In this document: one piece after another, positions 53,209-64,000 of the stretch
Position numbering within the stretch: position 1 is the first letter of the stretch
Layout: each line of letters opens with the position of its first letter
NCBI GenBank assembly: GCA_002633005.1
Contig: NMRA01000392.1
Coordinates: 314,279-378,278 of the forward strand
Length of the DNA stretch: 64,000 bases
Source of the DNA: Phoronis australis
Lineage: Eukaryota; Animalia; Phoronida
Direction: 5' to 3'
Position numbers and translations under genes: made by a program
The notes under the pieces: model-generated
The model's database searches: none
What the model saw: only the letters and a program-made list of their open reading frames with translations
Told to the model about the DNA's origin: nothing

Positions 53209-53530
53209 TCAAGAAATACTAGAAAGGCGCCATGAACATGCATAAGCAACGGAACTCATGGATAGTTCTTTGGTAAGCCAGAATTTGTCAGAGAAATCAC
53301 TGTCGACAAAATGCCGGCCACAGACACGGAGAAGTTTCACGGCCTCATACTTGCTATTAACAGCATACCTTTCATTCTTCACTACCGCGAGCCACTTCCT
53401 AAGCATATCGGGCTCTCGAGGAAGTCGAAAAAACGATATAACCCGCTTTCTTCACAGCTTCATAGTTTGGACAAGCGGGAACCTATGCACCGCAATTTAG
53501 CAGAATTCACTCTGCAGACAAACCATAGAC
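53209..53530 (-). pseudogene. Degenerate THAP zinc-finger domain
   Basis: ...ISFFRLPREPDMLRKWLAVVKNE...LRVCGRHFVDSDF; the upstream CxxxxC-like part is broken by a stop and a frameshift. Confidence 0.75.
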
Positions 53531-53819
53531 ATCGCTGCGACGCTTCTCACCTTCCTCACAGGTTAACGCGACACCTCTCGACAAGGTGAGGTCGACCGTA
53601 TCAGAGGCGATGTGGATATAGACCGATTAAGATGGTAAAAAAGAGTAATTAAATGTGGTGGCATTCTCCTTTAAAACATACGTGCCAATTTTCACCATTA
53701 TCCTGAAAGCGGTTTGGTTGATAGACGAGTAGATGCCAAAAAACAGACTCGAAAATGGCTAAAATGGCCACTAGGTGGCGCAAATTAGGTTGAATCCATC
53801 TGAAAATGGAGAGACAGCA

Positions 53820-54109
53820 TCACATCATTAACATATGTCTGTATGCCAAATTTTGTGAAAATACGTTGAGAACCTTTGAAGATTCAGAGGTAAACGTAAA
53901 AAAATAAAATTGCCACTAGGTGGCACACCAGTCGTCAGATCTGTCCTAAAGTCGTCGTCCTGCGTCACATCATTAACATATGTCTGTATGCCAAATTTTG
54001 TGAAAATACGTTGAGAACCTTTGAAGATTCAGAGGTAAACGTAAAAAAATAAAATTGCCACTAGGTGGCACACCAGTCGTCAGATCTGTCCTAAAGTCGT
54101 CGTCCTGCG
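53820..54109. repeat. Perfect 145-bp tandem duplication within the HINE-like element
   Basis: 53820-53964 and 53965-54109 read identically. Confidence 0.88.
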
Positions 54110-54828
54110 TTATTTAAATAAACTTACTAAATTTAGAAAAGATCCAGCAAACGGTTTAGGAAATACAGCCATAGGCCCAAAAAAAAAACAAAATTACCAC
54201 TAGGAGGCGCCACAGTGGTTGAAGTCGTCGGAAAACCATCGTCAGCCACCCACTTCATAGTAAGAACACACATGACAATTTTCGCAATCATCCTTTGAGC
54301 AGTTTGGTTGATGGAGGGACAGATGCATAAAAAATAGACTCGTAAATAACAAAAATGGCCACTAGGAGGCGCAATATAGCTTGAATTCGTCCGAAAAATG
54401 AAAGGATAGCCTCACCTCATTAATATGCCTATGTGCCAAATTTCATAAAAATCGGTTGAGGACCTTTGAAGAAACAGAGGCAAATGTAAAAAACTAAAAT
54501 TGCCACTAGAGGGCACAGCGGTAAATGGGTCAATTGGAAACTCGTTGCCCTGTGCCGTCAACCCAATAGGAACACACCTGCCAAATTTCAATAAGATCCT
54601 ACAAGGGGTTTAGGAGATACACCCGCGGACGCCGGACGCCCTGACGCCAGGATGCCCAGACAGAGATGACAGCAATATGCACTCATATATAAATATGTGG
54701 GCGCATAAAAATTGTCCTTCATGGCAGTTACCAAGAAGTGGTAAAGGAGATAGTTGAACACGTTGCAGCAACAAACAACTTCTAAATTTGGAAATTTCAG
54801 TAGTATGTAGATTATTATGGCCACTCAC

Positions 54829-54926
54829 AGAGGCGTCCAACAAATCCAGAGACCTTGACTTCAGGGTAAGCTTTCATTATCTCACTGGCAAGCAACTCGT
54901 ACTTGGGGGCGTATCCTCAGGTACCG
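54829..54926 (-). CDS. MIEN1: MIEN1/SelW-like (Rdx family) selenoprotein, exon carrying the Sec codon
   Basis: Minus strand: tttgttacag|C GGT ACC TGA GGA TAC GCC CCC AAG TAC ... GGA CGC CTC T|gtgagt = (C)GTUGYAPKYELLASEIMKAYPEVKVSGFVGRL. The in-frame TGA (54917-54919) sits at the CxxC/CxxU position. The first Cys codon is split by the upstream intron and is inferred. Confidence 0.9.
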
Positions 54927-57873
54927 CTGTAACAAACAGTTTAAACATCAACTATTGTTTGACCTAAAGTTATAGTAATTAAATTGTACTACTTTTTTCT
55001 CTTGAACAGATGTAAAAAACAAAATCAGTTACTTTATAATTTCATTTACCCCCCCTCAGACAAAATTCATCTCAAATTTCTCTTATTACTATTGCACTTA
55101 ATTTCTATAATCACAGAGAAGGGTAAATAGTTACTTATAAGAAACTGGCAATGTTACCTTTTGAAGGTGCTTTAGCCAATTCGACACACTTTTACTACCT
55201 ATTAGTTACAGTAACTTCGAACTTATTAATTTTATTTTGCATCAATGGAAGAAGTTCCAAGTTATTTAGAAAATAAGAAGTGAGCAGCAAATATGTCAGC
55301 TCATCCAATAAAGCCATGTTCTCTTACTTATATGAAATAATTATCTTCAAAGGTTGAGGCACCCATTAATTTTTAGTTCCAGCCCACAGATCGATAAATA
55401 GTACGTGTAATTTTCCATTTGAAACAGAAATATAATTACAGCAGCCATTCAGCTAGTTGCTTACACACTTGTGGTTTGAAGAAATTCCGCTCCCATTAAA
55501 ATCAACTTAAAGGTTCAAGATATTATTCATTGTAAGTAAAATATTATAGATTTAAATACCTTCAAAGAAGCTAACATTCCTCTTAAATGTTTGGCTTAAC
55601 TCAAAGATGTGTGTTTGTAATTTGAAACTTGACAAAAGGGTGTGGATTAGGACTTTCACAAAAAGTTTTTAAATATACTTTCCACAAATATTAAAACAGC
55701 TGCATGTCACATTTGACATTTGCAGTTATTCCCTTCCCAAAGCTACTCCAAGCTTGTCATTGTTGCGCCGTGCCTGTGTGCGCCACCTGGTGGTGACGTA
55801 TTTGTGGGCTTATGAATGTAACCTGTGATCTGTGTATTGTGGCAGATGTGACAAACAATACGGGTATTCAATCTGTTTTGTGAGTGTGTAGACGTGCCAT
55901 CGGTGAAATTCGGTAGCCCAAGTGCAGTCACTACTTAGAAACAAATGACTGTTCATTATTGCTTAAGATCATTCTCGATAAGTTGGCATGTTACGGCTAA
56001 CTTGGTTTCAAATAAAACCAAACTGTCTACTCTCGCATACTAAGAGAGTTTAGAACAATTAGACTTATGGAATGTGGAATAAATCAAAGTTACTTTTGAC
56101 GGTCGCTTTAAAGCCCAACTTCAATGGAATTTTGTTATTTTACGTAGATGTATTGGGATTACTAGGCAGTCCAAGAAAAGCCTCAGCAAAATAAGAAAAG
56201 CAAGTTTAATCACGGAAATGTAGGCCCACCAAATGATAGGTGAAGCTGCCTTTCCGTGCCATGTTGAGTCACAGCAAGATCCCTGCACAAACAAGAAAAG
56301 GCAGATAACTTTTGTTTTGAATAGGGGTCTGCATGCGGGTGTTATTCGCGGTTGTTTGAATTAAATGGGGATTCTCAAAGTGATGTAGGCAAACGCAAGT
56401 TAATCTGCTTAACAGTTTGTTGCATTTAGCAATTTATGGCACTAGTGAGCTCAGAGCAAAGCTCTTAACATACTGTAGGATAAGAACTTCTACGTGTTAC
56501 TGTTCAGGATAAGCTTTAAGTTAACTTGAAATTTACAGATCTTTCCAAACGTTTTCTTTCAACTTCTCCAACCAATACATGCATTTAGTTACTCGCCGAA
56601 TGGAAAGCAATACTAATTCCCTCCTTTGCAGTATACTGGGTCAATGTAATTCAAGAATTTTGGACTCAATGCTTTTTTAATACTACAAGAGGTACTGGCT
56701 TGCCGGTGTCAACATGAAAGTTATGAACCCTTCAGACACACTTTATGCACTGCTTCCCAAACCACTGTTCGAAAGTTTTTAAACGTTCCACTTTTGCATG
56801 AAGGGCTGTCAAAAATAGGACTTTTATGATAAACTTGTTGCATGAAATGAAAACAAAATGACACTCTAGAAACTACAGCTTTTTTTAGCTTTCTATCATG
56901 AACACTTAAATAAATGAAATTTGGTCATGTTATTGATGCTGATGATTTGCTATGAATTTGTCTCTCGACTTTGATACTGTTTAACAAACAAGACATGGTC
57001 ACAGTTGTGTAACATAATTAATGGAAGTCAAAAAGCAAATTCTACAACTTGCAGAAAATTTAGTCTTTTACTGAGCTAAAAACGTACTTTAAGCAATGTA
57101 ATACTATCTGTTGTTACTATTGTAGTGTTACTATACAATTGTAGTGTTACTATTGTGACTATTATTGTTAACCTCTGACGGTACTGTGCTGCCTTGTTCA
57201 GTGCTCTTGTGAGAGTCATTTTTGTTGCAAATTAGTATAGTGTTTGTCCTATCTGAGTTCAGGCTTACACAACTTAGACTTTCTTCAATAAAATATTCTG
57301 ACCATTTTACATGAAGTTTAACCGATTTTGGCTGACTGGGCCGTAACGGATGATGTTTCTCTGCTTGCCCGTCTACCATCAACAAGATGACGTCCTCACA
57401 ATATGTTTCGACCTTTAACTAAAGGCAGAAACATCTGCTGCGAAGATGTCATATTCCTTGTTGCAAGCAGTGTAAAAAAGGCCAATTGCTGATTTGGGGA
57501 ACTAAACGAAGGTCTGCTCTGAAAAATTTTGATTGCGGAAGTATTTATTTGAGCTAGGAAGAGTTAAAGACATTAAAGACCTCCTAAAGGTGTCCCTCTA
57601 TGTGCAAAAGGAGCATATGAACATGACTTTGATTAGTATGATGCATAATTTGCCGAAAAGCTTCTGGTGTATGGAGGGCCTGTGGGTAATTGTTTACAAT
57701 ATGACGACATTGACAAACACACATGATTTTGATATCGTTCAATTCCACCTATCGTTCTCATTCCAAAAACATATGAATGTGTCCCTTATCACGCATCATC
57801 ATTATTTTATCAATTGTGAAACGTCTGTTAGCACTATTTCCCAGTTGACACCGCCATGTTTGCTAAACTCAAG

Positions 57874-59222
57874 ATTACAGCAACATATGTTGCTAATAAA
57901 GAAAACGTTATCATCGAATCTGAAGGGTGTATGTCGGCGCAAGATTCTCCCTAAATTTTTCTTGAAATAACATCGAGCAGCAAGAGGCAGCATTTCACCC
58001 TTTTCCATAAATTTATAGAATGTAATCATTTGACCCCGTTTCCACGAAATTCTCAGAGTGATAACCTTTTCACAAATTTGAAACTCGAAAACAATCCCTT
58101 TTTTCGCAGATTTTTGTTAGTGGATTCAAACCCTTGGGACCATAGCTCAGGCCCGAGGTCATTTCGGTCAGTTTGAACTTATGGAAGAGCGATGCTCTGC
58201 AGAATAAAAGAGTGTTGGTAGACTAGTTCAGCGTTTTGGCAGCCAGATGACTCCTTTCATTCAACATGGCAGTATCTACCGGGAAATAGTGCAAGCATAA
58301 ATTTGATGATAGGTATGGGGTAGGAAATATTTTGTGTATTTTTGGAATGATTACGATATGCGAGTAATCGAACGACACCTAAATCATGTGAATAGGTCAG
58401 TGTGTCATCAAAATGTAAACAATTACTGACCAGTGGCTCCTCTGGGGCCAGTTGAAACAGCGGTACTATCAAAATTTGCCGAAAAGCTTCCAGTGGAACA
58501 ATCAACTATGCTGCTATGGGATGATTACCAGCCGTGCCAGCTCGGTTCAGACAGTGGAAAGCCTACTGTCTGCTGTAGACCACTAGGATAAGGTAGAAAT
58601 TGTGGATTATCACAAGAGTTGGGTAATTGTTTACAATATGGCGACATTGACCTAAACACATGATTTGGTATTGTTCGATTTCTCACAACGTTATCTTTCC
58701 AAAACTATAGGAAAGTGTCTACTACCCCGTTCTCTTAGAATTTTATTGTTAAATTTCTGCTCCCACTATTTTCCGGTAGTGATACCGCCATGTTGAATGA
58801 AAGGAGTCACCTGGCGGTCAAAAATGATCTAATCTACCAAACACCTATATTCAGCAGAGCTTTTCAAGAGTTCAAACTGACCGAGACCCGTCAATCCTGG
58901 GCCCGAGGTACTGTCCCAAGGGTTCGAATTCGATCCTATGGTGACCCTAGTACACATCTGCTAGCAAGAATCCGCAAAAAAAGATGTTGTTTTTTGAGGT
59001 CCAAATTAGCGAAAAAGGGTATCACTTCAGACAATTTTGTGGAAAAGTGATCAAATGATGACAATAAATTATTCTAAAAAATTTAGAAAAGGGTGAAATG
59101 CAGCCCATTGTTCTTCCATGTTATGTCAGAAAAACTACAGCTGGGAACCTCCAGGACAAACACCATCTGATTCAGAATCGATGATGCTGTTCCATTCATT
59201 AGCAACAAGTGTTGCTGTAATT
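57874..59222. mobile_element. Large imperfect foldback: outer arms plus an inner long-TIR element (58131-58922)
   Basis: 57874-58115 is inverse to about 58960-59222. The inner element has termini CCCTTGGGAC / GTCCCAAGGG and arms at about 58240-58430 and 58620-58815. Confidence 0.7.
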
Positions 59223-59584
59223 AGGGAGAACAACATTTTTCAAAAATTTTAGAAAATGTGCATGTAATATACATCACGAGAAAGCTCTCTACAAGACTAA
59301 AAGAACGGTGCAAAAATTTTTTAAATCGGACTTACGGTTCCGGAGAAAATGGTGTTTTTGTATCAAATTTTTTGGTAAAAATTCTGTCAAATCAAATTTG
59401 TGAGTTTGAAATATAATGGTTACAAATCTACGTAACCTAGACAGACATGTTATACATCATTTCAAAGAAAATTTTATGATGAATAATTTGCAAAAAAGAA
59501 CATTCCGATTGGACATTCCTGTGCGAAGATATTGACCTTAAAGTCAACAAAGTCGACGAAGAAAAGTCATTACGTTCAATTTTG

Positions 59585-60158
59585 NNNNNNNNNNNNNNNN
59601 NNNNNNNNNNNNNNNNNNNNNNNNNNNNNNNNNNNNNNNNNNNNNNNNNNNNNNNNNNNNNNNNNNNNNNNNNNNNNNNNNNNNNNNNNNNNNNNNNNNN
59701 NNNNNNNNNNNNNNNNNNNNNNNNNNNNNNNNNNNNNNNNNNNNNNNNNNNNNNNNNNNNNNNNNNNNNNNNNNNNNNNNNNNNNNNNNNNNNNNNNNNN
59801 NNNNNNNNNNNNNNNNNNNNNNNNNNNNNNNNNNNNNNNNNNNNNNNNNNNNNNNNNNNNNNNNNNNNNNNNNNNNNNNNNNNNNNNNNNNNNNNNNNNN
59901 NNNNNNNNNNNNNNNNNNNNNNNNNNNNNNNNNNNNNNNNNNNNNNNNNNNNNNNNNNNNNNNNNNNNNNNNNNNNNNNNNNNNNNNNNNNNNNNNNNNN
60001 NNNNNNNNNNNNNNNNNNNNNNNNNNNNNNNNNNNNNNNNNNNNNNNNNNNNNNNNNNNNNNNNNNNNNNNNNNNNNNNNNNNNNNNNNNNNNNNNNNNN
60101 NNNNNNNNNNNNNNNNNNNNNNNNNNNNNNNNNNNNNNNNNNNNNNNNNNNNNNNNNN
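59585..60158. other. Assembly gap
   Basis: Run of N. Confidence 1.
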
Positions 60159-61139
60159 GTGTGTGGGGGAGGGGTGGGGATGTGAGGGGGGATTTGGGAC
60201 TCATCTAATGTCATTTTGCCAGTTTGCCCGCTGGGACAAATATTGTCTTCTTACGAACGCAAACGAATTCAAGTTCGCGAGAGAACAAATATTGTCTTCT
60301 CGCAAACGCCAACTAACTTGCGTTCGCAAAAGGCCAAAAATGAACCTGCCGAGTGCAGTGTTAAAAATGGCGAGTTACCTATTTTGGGAACTGAACGAGG
60401 GACTGTTTGAAGTAAAAGTTTGACAACTGGGAGTATTTGTTCGAGTTGGAAGGAATTAAATACATCCACAACCTCTAAGGTGTCCACCTATGCCCAAAAG
60501 GTATTTATAACAACGTGACTTGATGTTTTAGTCATTGCGAGGCATAATTCACCGAAAAGCTTCAGGCTCTTATAGGAGCTTCATCGTCTCTACTATGGCT
60601 GCACCAGCAGAGACAATGGTCATTCACTGTCTATGTATTATAAAGATAGTGTATTGGGGACGATCAGAAGCTGTGGTGTATGACGTTTATAAACATTTCT
60701 TTGTGGTGTATTCTCAGTGGTTAATTTTTAGTGTATGGCATTTGATGCGGCGTTTGGATTTCAGCCTTTGAAGAGTTTCAGCCGAATTTCTTTTCAAGAT
60801 AAGACGTGTTTTGGTTTTCTCTCAAAATTCTACATTCTTTTTTCTAAGTCTTACCGGTCGTAGGTATACTACGCTAGCTGGTAACATAATAATTATAAAA
60901 CTAACAAATTTACACTTTACAAAAGTACTTTTCTTAATTTATACGGCTGATTCTCAGGTAGTTAAATTACTCTTGCGGAAATGGATGTATCTGTTTTGTA
61001 AGTTATGATTATCACTTTGGCATGTTCAATATAAATCTCATTTAAATAGAAAGATTATTTTATGTAAAACATCAATGTTCACAAATACAGGTTTTCGATG
61101 GAGCAGAGAAAACACACAACGCTGCCTAACACATCATAA

Positions 61140-62799
61140 AGTCTCTGTCACATTGGTGCCCCGGTGTCCCTGTGAACGATTGATTTAAAGTAAAACTTAT
61201 TTTTCATAGCTGATTTTTCCTTCCGACTCCGTAAAATTCTCCGGCATTTTGGTCCGTTTTGGTTTGCACGTGAACTTCTTGAAAATTTTGTTGCACTAGT
61301 ACTTCATTTGTCCCTCGGTATAGGTATATCAGCTAGCGATTTCGAAGGTTTCTCCACTTGGTATCCTCGGGTGCTGGTCTTTCTATTTTTAATACCATAT
61401 CATTAGCCTACTAGTCAAAATAAACATACGTCTTTATGGCTAGATTCTGGTCAAGCGTGAGTGAATGGCTATCACCAGTTCGCTATTTCCATCCCCACAA
61501 TCTCATATTCTGAATGATCGTCTTCATGCAGAGGAAACGCTTGTGATGGATCAACCTGCTCGAATATCGTTGTGTAATGATCGACTAATTCCAGTCAAAG
61601 AAGAGATTTCGCCTTCACCGGCAAGCAACGCGAGCTGCGATGCGTGCGGAATCGCATCATCCAATCGCTGATGATGAGCAGTTCATTGATAAAATGACAG
61701 GCCGCTTCTAAGACGGATGTCAGATGATTGACGGTAGGTTTAAAAGGTAGCCATGCTTTGAGATTGTGCGTAGATGGAGAGTGAATAATCAAATCCAGTA
61801 ATTAATTTATTATATGATAACCCCTAATTAGACAAATGAAACCTATTGTTAATCAAGTAATCAACTACAAAGAGAAACTATGCTAGCACCCTCTTTAAAG
61901 ATTACTTTAATCAAACAACCAAAACAATCAAATGTCTTATCTGCTAGCCAAGCTAGGACTCCCCACATGTTGGATGTCTGTCCTGTTGGTGAATCTTTGA
62001 ACTACACACACTGTATAGTGACAGTGTACTTGCTGGTCACCGTCTCTGGTGATGCAATACTTGCAGGCAATTTCTTCTACTCGCGATTCTTCTTGCTGGT
62101 CACAGTCTCTGGCTGATGACGCAACACTTCAGGTAGTATCTTACTACCCACGATGCAAGTGACAAGCTCTTAGTTAACTTCCTGTTCGTTAACCCTTGCC
62201 CTTGCCAAGATCCTTTCTAGAATCTTCCACGAGATGGCTCTGTCGTACAATTGCTTCTGTACACTGTAGCAAGTCTTTATGCTTCAATTACTTTAGCGCA
62301 TCTAATTATCTTGTTGATTTCAGCCCATAATATAACATTCTACTTATTTAGTGATTGGCTAATAAAAACCACCTGATCACATCCACTCATATTATTGGCT
62401 GTTACAATTTGTTCTCAGAATATTCTAGAATCTCTAGAGTACTTTGACCCCAGAACCCAAAGTTGTAAACACCGTCTAAAAATAGATTTTGACGTTAAAA
62501 TACATGTCAACAAGTCTGACCCCATGATTTAAAAGTACATATGCACAAATTTTGGGCAACTTAAAATGGATCTATTCTTACTAATTACTTAATCACTATT
62601 TATTCTGATAACGGATATAATTCATCACAAAGCGAACCTAGATAGAAGGAGAGATCCCCGCAAGCGATTGATAGTTTTCTCATACATTTTGAAAAATGTC
62701 GCGAATGGAACTTGTGGAGTGACGAAGAGGCAACTATACAACTAGTAATGTGTCTATGTGGTCAGGCGCCAGGAGCAGTCAGCGACATGGGTGAAGATA
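61140..62799 (+). mobile_element. Gypsy-like LTR retrotransposon remnant (LTR end, PBS, gag fragment)
   Basis: ...TGTCACA followed by TTGGTGCCCCG (PBS-like, 61154). A gag-like frame IDSFLIHFEKCREWNLWSDEEATIQLVMCLCGQAPGAVSDM lies at about 62667-62799 and is cut by the MITE at 62800. A probable LTR-like insert occupies about 61813-62628. Confidence 0.5.
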
Positions 62800-63035
62800 C
62801 AGTGGCGGATCTAGGACATCACAAGGGGGGGGCAACATTTTATCCGGCTGTAAGCATTTGCGCCAAAACCACGATTGTAGATGCGTATAGAACCTAATGG
62901 GGGGAGGAAAATTTTCTGTTTTTTCCTCTAAAAATCAAGCATTTTCCTTGATTCCTGAAGTATTATCCCAGAAAAAAAGACAAAAAAAAACACAAAAACA
63001 CGGAGAACGTGTCAAACAGGAAAAACCGCATGCAC

Positions 63036-63098
63036 CATAGACTCGAACTCACGACCTCGCGGATACAGCGCGTGCTTTACCACTACACCACCACGACT
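63036..63098 (-). repeat. tRNA-derived sequence (SINE head or tRNA pseudogene)
   Basis: Minus strand has A box TGGTGTAGTGG and B box GTTCGAGTC but no intact anticodon arm or acceptor stem. Confidence 0.55.
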
Positions 63099-63633
63099 TA
63101 ACTACACTAATCTTGTGCTAAGAGACCTACTTGTTTGTGGTCCACAGCGTTTGCGCAACGAAACCTACTTCTTTTTGTAATGCTTATTACACGTTTTATA
63201 TTTTGTGCAATCGGTTCTTAACAAATTTGTTGTATTTAAAAGTCTTCAAATGCCCAAAAGACCAAATCCGTTTTTCGTGTTGGCAATTGACGGGATTGCT
63301 TTGGAAATCGTCTTAAGTTAAGGTTTGACAAAGAGAGAATTATGAGTTACTGAGATATTCACCAAGGCTTCGATTAAAATTCACATCTTACCAGCAGTTT
63401 CTGTTTTTTCATGACCGTCACTCAGGTTCCATTTTCTTTAAAAAATGAAGTAAATTTTCTTCATTGCACAGTGGAGCAGACAACGGAAACGGGGTCGTAG
63501 TGCGCATCGTCACTGCCGGTCACCTGGGATATCAGGGGAGAGCTTATACTTAGCCATAAATTAGTTCCCTTACAAATGCGCCATCTTCCGAATTTGACAC
63601 TTGAAATTGGACCTGAGCACCCCCCCCCCCCCC

Positions 63634-63879
63634 NNNNNNNNNNNNNNNNNNNNNNNNNNNNNNNNNNNNNNNNNNNNNNNNNNNNNNNNNNNNNNNNNNN
63701 NNNNNNNNNNNNNNNNNNNNNNNNNNNNNNNNNNNNNNNNNNNNNNNNNNNNNNNNNNNNNNNNNNNNNNNNNNNNNNNNNNNNNNNNNNNNNNNNNNNN
63801 NNNNNNNNNNNNNNNNNNNNNNNNNNNNNNNNNNNNNNNNNNNNNNNNNNNNNNNNNNNNNNNNNNNNNNNNNNNNNNN
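63634..63879. other. Assembly gap
   Basis: Run of N after a poly-C tract. Confidence 1.
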
Positions 63880-64000
63880 GCGGAACGTGTGGCTGCATAG
63901 GTGTGAGTTTAGGGGTCGCTCCAAGGGTAAATCAGAGCAGATAACTGACTACGGGTCCTAGCGTAGATCCTAGCGTAACTGAATGCACGCGAGGATTCCA

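Larger units (their letters stand above)
49933..53670. mobile_element. Kolobok-like DNA transposon, decayed (3.7 kb)
   Basis: Perfect 14-bp TIR AGGAGAATGCCACC / GGTGGCATTCTCCT with TTAA on both sides. The flanks rejoin to match an intact host unit at about 54240-54300. THAP and SWIM-like remnants lie inside. Confidence 0.88.
49136..54711 (+). mobile_element. Helentron-associated (HINE-like) element interrupted by a Kolobok-like transposon
   Basis: Starts T|AAACAAGAG and ends CATAAAAA|TT; subterminal inverted repeat ATGCGCCCACA (about 49162) / TGTGGGCGCAT (about 54696); internal units of about 145 bp containing gccactag(g/t)(g/t)ggc. Confidence 0.7.

Noticed and set aside
63036-63098. Functional tRNA gene
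   Set aside because: A and B boxes are present but the cloverleaf is incomplete.
63388-63420. Minus-strand ATG...CTG|gtaaga as exon 1 of the selenoprotein
   Set aside because: Wrong phase from the ATG and no V.VEYC-like sequence.
59437-63944. Long ORFs made of X residues
   Set aside because: Artefacts of translating N gaps.

Overview
AT-rich, repeat-dense animal (invertebrate, probably lophotrochozoan-like) genomic DNA from a gapped draft assembly; not prokaryotic. Two convergent spliced genes can be rebuilt by hand. (1) On the + strand is a prospero/Prox homeobox gene: four coding exons (25086-26743, 31274-31428, 36264-36408, 43113-43295), about 706 aa from ATG 25106. Its first visible coding intron is a minor-spliceosome (U12, AT-AC) intron that carries extra U12 signals: three internal ATATCCTTG donors, an extra TCCTTAAC branch point, a duplicated acceptor and a possible nested GT-AG twintron. 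(2) On the - strand is a MIEN1/SelW-like (Rdx family) selenoprotein that the ORF track misses entirely. It has an in-frame TGA in a CxxU motif, a C-terminal CAAX box (CTIL) and a canonical SECIS hairpin in its 3'UTR; its first exon was not located. The rest is largely nested non-autonomous transposons: Helentron/HINE-like, Kolobok-like (THAP/SWIM remnants), TA-target mariner/pogo-like (one with a HIRAN remnant), Harbinger-like MITEs, foldbacks and a Gypsy remnant. Almost all other ORFs in the track are spurious.
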